Shown: piece by piece, positions 48,751-57,893 of the stretch
Layout: each line of letters opens with the position of its first letter
Numbering within the stretch: position 1 is the stretch's first letter
Assembly (NCBI GenBank): GCA_945877805.1
Contig: CAMCSM010000001.1
Coordinates: 10,221-74,220, forward strand
Length of the DNA stretch: 64,000 nucleotides
Direction of reading: 5' to 3'
Source of the DNA: Methylacidiphilum caldifontis
Lineage (GTDB): Bacteria > Verrucomicrobiota > Verrucomicrobiia > Methylacidiphilales > CAMAQI01
Notes under the pieces: model-generated
The model's input: only the letters and a program-made list of their open reading frames with translations
Databases searched by the model: none
What the model was told of the DNA's origin: nothing
Program-made: the position numbers and the translations under genes

Positions 48751-48768
48751 GTGATATTTCTATCACAC
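48751..48768. promoter_or_regulatory. inverted repeat tgtgata-tttc-tatcaca just upstream of the peptide gene
   Basis: 7-bp perfect arms, 14-31 nt upstream of the start codon at 48737. Confidence 0.4.
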
Positions 48769-49067
48769 TTTATTTATTAATATTTCCGTATTTTTCGGCG
48801 CATTTCTTTCTTAGAAATGCTATCAACCTAAAATAGAAGAAATATTAAATTGTCTTTATTTGATAAAAAATACACTCCCTGTATTTCCCTCATAAGAGAC
48901 TTAAGGTATTATTTTATTCCCATTTTTTTCTGCCTACTGAGATTTGAGGTGGCCCCCGAAATTCAGGCCAGAGGTTAAGCTGTCGAATGGAGGTCAAGGG
49001 AGGAACAAAAGTTCAAAATGGAGTCACTAAAATGAGTACAAAGAAATACTTTTCATCTTCTAAAAGA

Positions 49068-50465
49068 CTATCTAAGATCTTTGATTTTTTCAGGACTGAG
49101 CGGAAATCGAATCGTGAAATAAGCGCATAAGACTAAAAAAGGGATCGGAAAGATCGAACAGGCCAAAAGCAATATTTTTACCGTCTGCTCACTTTGCATT
49201 GGCAAATCAGGTTTAAAATGGGAGAGATCAATGATGATCCCCAAGATCAAGGAGAAGGCAGAAATCGCCGCTTTCCCTCCCCAATTGAACATCGCCGTAA
49301 AAAGCCCCTCTCGACGCTTTCCCGTCTGAATTTCATCAAAATCACAGACATCCCCCAGCATCGGAATTGTTAAGACCCAGACACAGGAGACTGAAACTGT
49401 GACAAGTGTTTGAAAAATAATCTGTAAGTAAGGGTACTGCTGTGAAAATAAGAGAGGGGAGGAGATAAAGGCGATCATCAATCCAAAAATGCCGCAAAGG
49501 AGAAGTCGCTGGCGTCCTATTTTTTTTGCAAGTGGATTCACCAGGGGACAAAAGCAGAGCCCAATGACGTTGGAGACTGTTTGGCAGATTCCATTCAATC
49601 GTGTTGCGGCCTCTTTATCGGCCAAAGTCCCTCCTGGAAAAACAACAGAGAGATTGATGTAGTAAACTAAAGAGGTCGCCACACAAAACCCGATGATCGT
49701 AAAAGCGACGATTCCCGTCACCATTAAAAACGGCTTGTTTTTTAAACAGTTTTTAAATCCCTCAACAACCCCCTCTTTGTCCGAAGTCACCAGAACCACT
49801 TTTTCCTTACAAACAAAGGCCGCCAAAAGCCCCAAAACCAAAATAACGACCGCTAAAAGGATTCCGACAATACGCATCGACTCCGCGGGACTGCTCCCGA
49901 ACGACCTATTGGTCACTAAAACCGGCGCCCATGGCATGATGGCAATATAAGCCAAGGGAACCGCCGCCGCCCGAAACCCCATCAGGCTCGTCCGATCGGA
50001 ATCATTCGTCGAAAGCTCCAGCCCTAAAGCCAGATAAGGGACATTAAAAAAGGCATAGGCGGTAAAGTAGAGGATTGAGATGACTAAAAAGAAAGACAGC
50101 AACCCTTCATGACCCCATCCTCGAGGAGGCATCCACATCACGGCCGCCAAAATCGATGCGGCAATCACGCCGCCAACAATAAAAGGACGTCGTCTTCCCC
50201 ATCTCGTTCTTATATTATCCGAGAGATTACCAATCAAAGGATCCGTGAAGGCCTCCCAGATCCGCGGAAGGGCGATCGCAATCCCGAGCCATGTCGCCGG
50301 AACCCCGTACTCGACATTATAAATCATCATCGCGAAGGTGCCGATTAAATTATTCATGATCACATCGGGAACATAGCCGATCCCATAAAAGAATTTGGTC
50401 CAAAACGAAAGAGATTCCGTTGAGACCTCAGGGAGTGACTCTTTTGCGGGGGTCGTACGATTCAT
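49068..50465 (-). CDS. MFS transporter, glycoside-pentoside-hexuronide (GPH):cation symporter family
   Basis: 465 aa with 12 TM helices and the loop DPLIGNLSDNIRTRWGRRRPF, typical of MelB/GPH. Confidence 0.85.
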   Translation of the reverse strand: MNRTTPAKESLPEVSTESLSFWTKFFYGIGYVPDVIMNNLIGTFAMMIYNVEYGVPATWLGIAIALPRIWEAFTDPLIGNLSDNIRTRWGRRRPFIVGGVIAASILAAVMWMPPRGWGHEGLLSFFLVISILYFTAYAFFNVPYLALGLELSTNDSDRTSLMGFRAAAVPLAYIAIMPWAPVLVTNRSFGSSPAESMRIVGILLAVVILVLGLLAAFVCKEKVVLVTSDKEGVVEGFKNCLKNKPFLMVTGIVAFTIIGFCVATSLVYYINLSVVFPGGTLADKEAATRLNGICQTVSNVIGLCFCPLVNPLAKKIGRQRLLLCGIFGLMIAFISSPLLFSQQYPYLQIIFQTLVTVSVSCVWVLTIPMLGDVCDFDEIQTGKRREGLFTAMFNWGGKAAISAFSLILGIIIDLSHFKPDLPMQSEQTVKILLLACSIFPIPFLVLCAYFTIRFPLSPEKIKDLR

Positions 50466-50700
50466 GAAGATTCCTTGGCTTTTTTTATGCTAAATATAGA
50501 AGTTGTTTAACCTTGTGAACCCCTATAAAATCGCATAGGCGTCAAGATAAGCGAAAGACACAAACAAAAATGAATCCAAAGAAATAGATTTATAGAGGGA
50601 CGGAGAAACACGAAGGTGAAAACTTTTTTTAATAGGGAACTCAGGAAAAAAGGAAAAAATATTCCTGATTTCCTGCTTTCCCTATTAAATTGTATTTTTC

Positions 50701-53700
50701 TCATAAATTTTTAGTGATCAAAATCGTTTTCACTTGAAAGGGCTTCAAGTCGATCCCCTCCGAAGAGATCTCTCCCCTTGGTCGCTCCATCAGATCGGTT
50801 TCACAGACTTCGCTCCCATTTCCATCCCATTGGAAGCGACTGTTTCTTCCCTCGACTTCTACCACGCGAACCACAATTCCCTTTCCTGATTCCGCACGTT
50901 TGACCGCGTCGACTGAAATTCCCTTTCCTTCGATGGTCATCCATGGTTTTAATCCGGAGCCATCGCGTCCCTCAAAAAGCAGAGGAGTAACATTGAGTTG
51001 CGCCGCCTCAGCGACCACGCAGGAAAACTCACCTTCATTCCGTAGCGGGAGATAGGAGTAGGTGAATCGATGATTGCCCAAGTCCGCTGAGTGATCCGGA
51101 TATGTGGGAGCACGTAACAGGGCCAGCTCCATTAAATTGCCTTCCAATCGAACCCCATATTTGGAGTCATTGAGAAGAGCCGCTCCTCCCGAACGATCCA
51201 ACAGACAAGCATAACGATGACAGGGAACTTCGAAACGTCCTTTCTCAAAAGCGGTATTTAAATGCGTCGCCCGATCATAGAACCCATGCTGAATTTCACA
51301 GCGTGCGGTGGCATGATGAACATTGGCATCAAAAGCGACTCGAAGCATCTTATGACGCTCCGACCACTCGACCTCGGTTTCAAAATCGACCCGGCGGGAA
51401 TCACTTTCCAAAATACACCGTTGATGAATTGTCGAATTTCCAATTTTTAATTGAAAGACAAGAACACTCCGAACAGGCCCCGTCCACCCTTCCCAATTTC
51501 CGCTGGAAACCGCCGTTTCTATCCGCTCCTTTTTGTAGTGCGGATCGATATCCCAAGCGTCGAAATCAATGGGGCGATCGATATAAAGATTGAATCGATT
51601 GCCGACTCCATCCCGAGGGAGCATCTCCCGTTTTAATTCCTTGTCATAGACCGAAATTAAATTTCCATCCCGATTAAAAGTACAGCGAAGATGGCAGTTC
51701 TCTAAAGCCGGCTCCGTAAGAGGGAGGGTCGTCGGAACTTCATCAGAAACAGAAAGCGAGGTAAACCCAAACGGTTTGAGTTCAATTTTGGAAATGATTT
51801 TTCCATCCGGCTCCCGTTGTGCTCGTCGCTCAGCGCCTTCAACGTTTAAAGCATACGTTAGACTTTGGATTCCCTTCCACATCCCAATAAGAGAATTGAA
51901 TGCCGTCACTTTTCCCTCATGACGTGGAAGTTGTTCACTGAATTCTGTAATCAAAGCTTTTGCCTTCTCTGAGATCCAAGCATACTTTTCATGAGCCTCC
52001 CGAATCACCTCAGGGATCCCTGATCCCGGAAGAATATCATGAAATTGATTTAAAAGGAGGTACTGCCACATCTTTCTAAATTCATCCCTGGGATATGATT
52101 TCTCCGGAAGATAACAATAAAGATGCTCTAATTGCGTTAAGAGGATTTCAAGTTTTCGATTTTGCTTCTTAAGCTCTGCCTGAGTCGTATAGGTTCCCCG
52201 ATGGCCTTCGACGTAAAGATCCCCCCGAATCGTTTCCAACTCTTCCCGCTTTTTTTCAAACTGCTCAAATACCTCGACCGATTTTCCAAAGCGAACACGG
52301 GGAACCCCCTCAAGTGAACTCATCCGATTCGCCCTTTCCAACATCTCCTCCATCGGGCCTCCCCCTCCATCCCCAATTCCACAGGTATAGACAAATTGAT
52401 CGAAAATCCCTTTTTCCGCGAATCCATTTTCCGCCTTAATCAAATCCTCTACCCTCATTCTTCCATTATAATCACGGGCCTGTGGCAGAAGATGGACAAG
52501 GACCTCCGATCCATCATTTCCCTCCCAACGAAAGGTCGTCCTCGAAAATACTGTGAAACGACTCCACTGTGGTTTTTTCGTCAGTAAATAATCGATTCCT
52601 GATTCCTTCAAAATCTGAGGAAGTGCCGCCGAGAGTCCGAAGATATCCGGCAACCAAGCCACGGAACACTCCTGTCCGAATTCGCGAAGAAAAAATTCAC
52701 GGCCATAAAGCAACTGACGGATGAGCGACTCCCCGGAAGGGAGATTGGTATCGGGCTCAATCCACATTCCGCCCTGAAGATCCCAGGAGCCGCTCTGAAC
52801 CCGATCCTTCACTTTTTGGTAAACTTCAGGATAGTGCTCTTTGACCATTTCATAGTGTTGGGCCGAAGAGGCGCCGAAAATATAGCCGGGATACTTTTCC
52901 ATGAGCTCGATCTGACTTGCAAAGGTTCGTCCACATTTCCCGATCGAATCCTCGACCGTCCAGAGCCATCCCGTATCAATGTGAGCATGACCGATCGTCA
53001 CCGCTTCAAGACTGGAAGGAACCGCCTTCATTTGTAAAAGAGGAGCCAGAGTCCTGCGAGCCTCAGCGGAGCGAGCAGGATCATCCTGCCAGGAGAAGAG
53101 CGCCTTCATCAGAGTCTGGATGATTTTCGAACGACGGGTCGAATGGGCGGGAGAGCCATGAATAATCCCCATCAAAACATCCAGATCGTGAAATAACGCC
53201 TGTACCTCAGTTTGAGGAACCGAAAGCGAAGCGCGATTGACCCGAGCAGGGTGATAGCCATGCCGACGTTCATCCTGAGGGAGGGGATCTTCGGGACGTT
53301 CCAGCCCGACAATCGAACTCGCCCACGCCTGCACTAAAATCTCAACTTTTTCTCCCCCCTCACAGGAGGGGTACAACGGAATGTGATCGACCTCACAATG
53401 AACGTCGAAAGCACTCCCCGCCGTCAGTCGTCGAACAAGCAGTCCTTTAGCATCAAAAACAGAGATCTCCCCATCCAGATGAATCCGGGCATCAACAGGA
53501 AGGCCTGACCATTCTTGGGGAATTTCCCCTTTGAACCGAAACCATGCGTAGTCCCCCCCCTTACTCCACTGCTCCTGAAGGGAAATGGAATGAAACTTTT
53601 TTGAAGAGGAGATCAAAGAGAGATCGTCCATCTCCTGACGAGAAGTAATCAACGCAATCTCAATCTCTAAGGGGGAGGTCTTTAAGTAAAAGAGGCTTCG

Positions 53701-53826
53701 AAGCTGTTTCATCCAGCGATCAAGTCGCTCCAAATTCCATTGCTCATCCGTCAGAAAAAATTCACGATGCGGCTCTCCCATGGGTAACTTCATATTTCCT
53801 CTCTTCCCTTTTTTGTCATGATTCAT
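50701..53826 (-). CDS. GH38 alpha-mannosidase
   Basis: 1041 aa with the blocks GHAHIDTGWLW and WIEPDTNLPSGESLIRQLLYGREFF, and C-terminal GH38 beta-domains. Confidence 0.9.
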   Translation of the reverse strand: MNHDKKGKRGNMKLPMGEPHREFFLTDEQWNLERLDRWMKQLRSLFYLKTSPLEIEIALITSRQEMDDLSLISSSKKFHSISLQEQWSKGGDYAWFRFKGEIPQEWSGLPVDARIHLDGEISVFDAKGLLVRRLTAGSAFDVHCEVDHIPLYPSCEGGEKVEILVQAWASSIVGLERPEDPLPQDERRHGYHPARVNRASLSVPQTEVQALFHDLDVLMGIIHGSPAHSTRRSKIIQTLMKALFSWQDDPARSAEARRTLAPLLQMKAVPSSLEAVTIGHAHIDTGWLWTVEDSIGKCGRTFASQIELMEKYPGYIFGASSAQHYEMVKEHYPEVYQKVKDRVQSGSWDLQGGMWIEPDTNLPSGESLIRQLLYGREFFLREFGQECSVAWLPDIFGLSAALPQILKESGIDYLLTKKPQWSRFTVFSRTTFRWEGNDGSEVLVHLLPQARDYNGRMRVEDLIKAENGFAEKGIFDQFVYTCGIGDGGGGPMEEMLERANRMSSLEGVPRVRFGKSVEVFEQFEKKREELETIRGDLYVEGHRGTYTTQAELKKQNRKLEILLTQLEHLYCYLPEKSYPRDEFRKMWQYLLLNQFHDILPGSGIPEVIREAHEKYAWISEKAKALITEFSEQLPRHEGKVTAFNSLIGMWKGIQSLTYALNVEGAERRAQREPDGKIISKIELKPFGFTSLSVSDEVPTTLPLTEPALENCHLRCTFNRDGNLISVYDKELKREMLPRDGVGNRFNLYIDRPIDFDAWDIDPHYKKERIETAVSSGNWEGWTGPVRSVLVFQLKIGNSTIHQRCILESDSRRVDFETEVEWSERHKMLRVAFDANVHHATARCEIQHGFYDRATHLNTAFEKGRFEVPCHRYACLLDRSGGAALLNDSKYGVRLEGNLMELALLRAPTYPDHSADLGNHRFTYSYLPLRNEGEFSCVVAEAAQLNVTPLLFEGRDGSGLKPWMTIEGKGISVDAVKRAESGKGIVVRVVEVEGRNSRFQWDGNGSEVCETDLMERPRGEISSEGIDLKPFQVKTILITKNL

Positions 53827-53848
53827 TAATTTAGCATATCGCCATTAA

Positions 53849-53866
53849 ATTACAAGCGTTTGCAAT
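53849..53866. promoter_or_regulatory. degenerate operator TACAA-GCGT-TTGCA (site 6) in the GH38/lacI divergent promoter
   Basis: attacaagcgtttgcaat matches 9 of 10 core positions and has a central CG. Confidence 0.45.
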
Positions 53867-53912
53867 TAAAAGGATTGAGTTTCTGACTTAGTGGGCTTAA
53901 AATACAACCGCT

Positions 53913-54920
53913 ATGAATAAAATTACTCTCATTGATGTTGCCCGTTTTTGTCATGTGGACATCTCCACCGCATCACGGGCGCTACGCTCCGATCCCCGAG
54001 TAAAATCAAAAACCCAGGAGCTTGTCAAAAAAGCCGCAAACCGATTGGGGTATCGGCCCAATCTTCTCGCCAAAAGTCTTGCGGGCGGAAAAACCAATAC
54101 CTTATGGGTCATCCTCCCCTCGATCGATTCCATCGTCGATGCCAAACTCGTTCACGAGATCAGTCGTTACGCCAATTCTCTGGATTACTCCCTCTTTGCC
54201 GCATTTCACGACTCTGAGGAATTTGGAGTATCCAAAGGAAATCCGATCGACCACTACGTAAAAATTGTTGACTCCGCCTGCCAGGGCCTTGTCGATGGGG
54301 CAATCGTTCTTCCGCGTCGATTCGCCGATGATTCGGATATTTTAAACACCTTTGTCAAAAATGAATTCCCCTTTGTCTTCGTTGATAACTATCTGGAGGG
54401 TGTTCCAACCTCGGTTGCGATGACCGATCAGAAACAGGCCACGGAAAGCTTGATCCAACACTGTCTGCAGGCAGGAGCCAAAGAGTTCATCCTTCTTTTT
54501 GGAAACGACACTAATCCCGTGGAGTCGCGGCGCCTAACCTCTTCTCGCGATTATCTGATTCGCCAACGAATTCCCTTCACGGAGATCTGCGAAATCCAAA
54601 AAACGTGGAAACCGAAAAAAAAGGGTTCCCCCGCCCTGGCCGTCCTCGGTTCTTCACAAGCGATCTTTCATACCTATCTTGCTGAACACTTCTCACCATT
54701 TCTTCAACATAAACTCGTTTTTGGGGTCTTTGATGAGTGGATCGGAGAACCGTCCCCCGCCCAAAAAGTTTTTGTCGGAATTCAAAACAGTGAAAAGTTG
54801 GCAAAGGAGGCCGTCGATCTTTTGATTAAAAAAATCCAAAGAAAGAACAAATCCCCAAAAGAGATCAAACGAATCCCCTTGGTCGAATGTCGCGCCATTC
54901 TCCCCTCCATTCGGTGCTAA
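53913..54920 (+). CDS. LacI family transcriptional regulator
   Basis: 335 aa with the N-terminal HTH ITLIDVARFCHVDISTASRALR and a periplasmic-binding-protein-like C-terminal domain. Confidence 0.9.
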   Translation: MNKITLIDVARFCHVDISTASRALRSDPRVKSKTQELVKKAANRLGYRPNLLAKSLAGGKTNTLWVILPSIDSIVDAKLVHEISRYANSLDYSLFAAFHDSEEFGVSKGNPIDHYVKIVDSACQGLVDGAIVLPRRFADDSDILNTFVKNEFPFVFVDNYLEGVPTSVAMTDQKQATESLIQHCLQAGAKEFILLFGNDTNPVESRRLTSSRDYLIRQRIPFTEICEIQKTWKPKKKGSPALAVLGSSQAIFHTYLAEHFSPFLQHKLVFGVFDEWIGEPSPAQKVFVGIQNSEKLAKEAVDLLIKKIQRKNKSPKEIKRIPLVECRAILPSIRC

Positions 54921-55134
54921 TTCACCATAGCATGTAAGTTCCTCATAAGGAAAATGATATGCAATTCACGATGACCTCCTGTTGAAATCCTCATTAATTT
55001 CGCTGACTCGCTGCGCCGCGGCGGGAAACTGTGACTTTCAAATTCCGTTCATCTGTATTTTATCGATAGAATAAGTTGTCTTTGCTCTCATTTTTGCCCT
55101 TGCACTCAACCTCAACGCAAATTATCTTAAAGGC

Positions 55135-55350
55135 ATGAGTATCGCAGAGATTAGACAACTGCCTCAAAAGGAGAAATTCCTCATCATGGAGGCTCTCTGG
55201 TCTGATTTGATTTCCCCAGAAGAAAATTTTGAAGCCCCATCATGGCACGCCCTCGAACTCCAAAAAACGGAGCAGGAGTTAAAACAAGGTCTTATCCAAT
55301 CCATGGATTGGGACCTCGCCAAAAAGAACCTCTTGAAACGTTTTGAGTGA
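55135..55350 (+). CDS. addiction-module antitoxin (putative addiction module component family)
   Basis: 71 aa beginning MSIAEIRQLPQKEKFLIMEALWSDL. Its stop overlaps the toxin start (GTGA). Confidence 0.75.
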   Translation: MSIAEIRQLPQKEKFLIMEALWSDLISPEENFEAPSWHALELQKTEQELKQGLIQSMDWDLAKKNLLKRFE

Positions 55351-55637
55351 AAATTCGAATCCTTTCTCCCGCCATTGAAGATCTGGCTCATGGGAGAATT
55401 TTCTACGAAAAGCAAAGCCTCGGCCTCGGGAGTTATTTCTTTACCAGCCTCTTCTCTGAAATCGACTCCCTTATTTTATATGCAGGAATCCATCCGATAC
55501 GGTCAGGTCATCATCGCCTTTTAGCAAAGCGATTTCCGTACGCAATCTACTATAAAATTCATCGCCAAGAAATTCTTATTCACCGTGTTCTCGATTGCCG
55601 CCGTGATCCCCAATGGATTTTAAACGAATTAGGCTAA
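55347..55637 (+). CDS. type II toxin, RelE/ParE family
   Basis: 96 aa with the blocks ...RFPYAIYYKIHRQEILIHRVLDCRRDP, typical of ParE/RelE plasmid-stabilisation toxins. GTG start. Confidence 0.75.
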   Translation: MKIRILSPAIEDLAHGRIFYEKQSLGLGSYFFTSLFSEIDSLILYAGIHPIRSGHHRLLAKRFPYAIYYKIHRQEILIHRVLDCRRDPQWILNELG

Positions 55638-55916
55638 CAGTTTCTAAAACTCCTCTTTTTGCCTCACCCCACTTTTAACAAAAACGAAATGTCTCAAAAA
55701 AACCGCAGCCAATTCACCAAAGAGCAAAAAGAGTGACCCTAACCATCTCCAATTGGAACCAAATCACCGAATGGCTCCAAGAGGTCAAATCCTTCAGGGA
55801 AAGCCTCCCTCCAGAGACGCTTTTCTCCTTAAAGGGGCGAAATCCAGCCATAAATCCCTCCTCTCAAAGAGAGCCTTATAGGTCTAAAACCAAGATAGAA
55901 AGCCCCACTTCACCTA

Positions 55917-56903
55917 CTATCCAAATAACCGTTTAATTGAAAATGGTTGAAACTTTGAAGAAACCTTTTCGATACTCTCTTTTTCGCTGTTACCTGCATC
56001 AATAAGAGAAAAAACCTGATTAATACCGTTCAGCAAAGCGATCTGAGAATACTTGCGAGACTGTAACGTAACATACCCAAGATCAAAGAAAACCGTTCCT
56101 ACTTCATTGTTTTTCTTCACTCGATGTTCAGAAAGATCCCCTCCATTAGATATATTACTTTTATGGTAATAACGTATGTAAACCTCACTCTCATTCCAAG
56201 TGTAGGTTCCATTCCCGAAAATCGCGTCAATTGAAGCCGCCTGCAACGGTGTGGAAAGAAAGCAATATTCTTTTTTAATAACAAATGGGTTATTTTTTGA
56301 ACCAATTCCATCTACATAATTTTTATAGTTTTCAATTAAGTACAAAAAAAGTTTTTGTTTCCCATCCAATTTCTTTTCAACGCTCATATTTTTCTCCTCC
56401 ACAGATCCTTCATTATTGGTGGAACGTATATCGCTATATGCCTTTAAAGCACATTGCATCTTAACAACGGCTGAAATCAAATTTGACCATACTTCATCTG
56501 TAAATGATTTAGAGATCGATTTTTCCGAACCGTGAATTGCAGCTTCTAAATCTATTTCCTCTCCTTTCGCCCATTTTTCCCGCAATGAGAGTCCAATGAA
56601 ATAATTTATTGTTGAAGCCTCTTCTAAAGTTATTTGAGAATCAGAAACATCTCTAAGGGATTGAAAATATTTACTGCGGATCTCTTCGTTTTCAGGGAAA
56701 CAAGCTAGAGTTTTTTTCGCCATAATCTTCTCGCATTTTGCAGAATCTTCATCGAGATGAGCTCGTAAAAATTCCTTTCCTAAAAAAAGCATTTCCTCGG
56801 ATTTAATAATATATTCAGGCTTTATTGTAATCCTAAAATCGCTCCCATTTTTCAGAACTTCTTCTGGTATATTGATATTAAGACGCCTCATTTTATGCTC
56901 CAT
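55917..56903 (-). CDS. hypothetical protein, second gene of the nuclease cassette
   Basis: 328 aa with no recognisable motif. AT-rich. Starts 7 nt after the upstream nuclease gene ends. Confidence 0.55.
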   Translation of the reverse strand: MEHKMRRLNINIPEEVLKNGSDFRITIKPEYIIKSEEMLFLGKEFLRAHLDEDSAKCEKIMAKKTLACFPENEEIRSKYFQSLRDVSDSQITLEEASTINYFIGLSLREKWAKGEEIDLEAAIHGSEKSISKSFTDEVWSNLISAVVKMQCALKAYSDIRSTNNEGSVEEKNMSVEKKLDGKQKLFLYLIENYKNYVDGIGSKNNPFVIKKEYCFLSTPLQAASIDAIFGNGTYTWNESEVYIRYYHKSNISNGGDLSEHRVKKNNEVGTVFFDLGYVTLQSRKYSQIALLNGINQVFSLIDAGNSEKESIEKVSSKFQPFSIKRLFG

Positions 56904-56910
56904 TGTATGT

Positions 56911-57834
56911 TCACACAGATTTTTCTATAATCCAATCTACCAATCCGAGCCTAATCACCTTCTCTGCAATTTGATCCTCAAACCAAAACTCCACGGTAAA
57001 GTGCTTATCGTCGGGCTTAAATCTCAGATTCATTACCTTCAAATCAGACTTCGGCTGATGAACGATGTAAAAGAAAGTTTTGATCTTCTCGAACTCATCC
57101 ATCTGATCCAAGTCGGATTCAAAATCAGCCTTGGATGCCATTGATTTCACCTGAACAGCCGAAAAATCGTCCGTGATAGGATTGGAAACCTGAAAGTCGA
57201 TAGTTTTAAGACTCCCTCCGAGCTCTCCAGAGCGAAATAATCCAGATTGCCTAAAGATGAGGTCGATGAGGATCTCGAAGTCTCTCCAATGAAGCTGGAG
57301 GATTAGGGGCTTGATTCGCTGAATGAGTGCTTTTTTAGCTTCCTTCAAAGCGATCAACTCCTGAGAGGTATTCCCTTCGATGATATTTTCAATCAATTGA
57401 TGTCGATAATCCTTAATCCTGCAAATCGTTCCCCTAAACCCCCGAACCATCTCGATTGATCCCGGAACAGGATTATAGTTTTGATTTTGCAGATTAACAC
57501 TCTTCCAGCCAATACAGGATCGAGTTTTGCGTCCTTGGACATCATCGAAGAGCGTTTTTCCATTGATTCTAGTCCAATACATCTGGTTACCCGAAAAAGT
57601 GATCCAGAGATCCTTTTCGTCCGATTCACAGAAAGCCGCAATTTGATTGGAGTGAGAGGTCGCCGCCCCCTGTGTTGCTCCATTGACAATGTACCATCCT
57701 TTAATCTCCTCCCATTTTCTCTCTTTAATCAGAGCTGGGGGAACATTTCGGTAGTCCAAAATTATAATACTTTGGGACTCCGCTTCTTGAAAATACCCTC
57801 CACCTTTGCCCAACTTGACATAGTAAATCGCCAT
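56911..57834 (-). CDS. Mrr-like PD-(D/E)xK restriction endonuclease domain protein with an unknown N-terminal domain
   Basis: 307 aa. The C-terminal block WRDFEILIDLIFRQSGL...LKTIDFQV...FSAVQVKS fits the Mrr_cat pattern (FE..L, D, QxK). The N-terminal ~170 aa are unassigned. Confidence 0.6.
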   Translation of the reverse strand: MAIYYVKLGKGGGYFQEAESQSIIILDYRNVPPALIKERKWEEIKGWYIVNGATQGAATSHSNQIAAFCESDEKDLWITFSGNQMYWTRINGKTLFDDVQGRKTRSCIGWKSVNLQNQNYNPVPGSIEMVRGFRGTICRIKDYRHQLIENIIEGNTSQELIALKEAKKALIQRIKPLILQLHWRDFEILIDLIFRQSGLFRSGELGGSLKTIDFQVSNPITDDFSAVQVKSMASKADFESDLDQMDEFEKIKTFFYIVHQPKSDLKVMNLRFKPDDKHFTVEFWFEDQIAEKVIRLGLVDWIIEKSV

Positions 57835-57893
57835 AGCTTAGATAGAGCATTGGTGCGGCGTTAGTCCAGTAGCATTTATGCTCCCTTAGGGAG

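Noticed and set aside
54921-55134. A direct repeat of the tRNA-Glu 3' end marking the left end of the island
   Set aside because: I scanned this and the internal intergenic regions by eye for gggactcgaaccc-like strings and found none. Only a weak gatgacctcc / ggtgacccta resemblance turned up, which is not convincing. The left boundary therefore stays approximate.
55688-55735. 15-codon ORF MSQKNRSQFTKEQKE resembling the N-terminus of IS3-family OrfA transposases
   Set aside because: It is too short to call and the similarity does not continue in any frame. No inverted repeats or second transposase frame lie nearby. At best it is an unprovable IS remnant.
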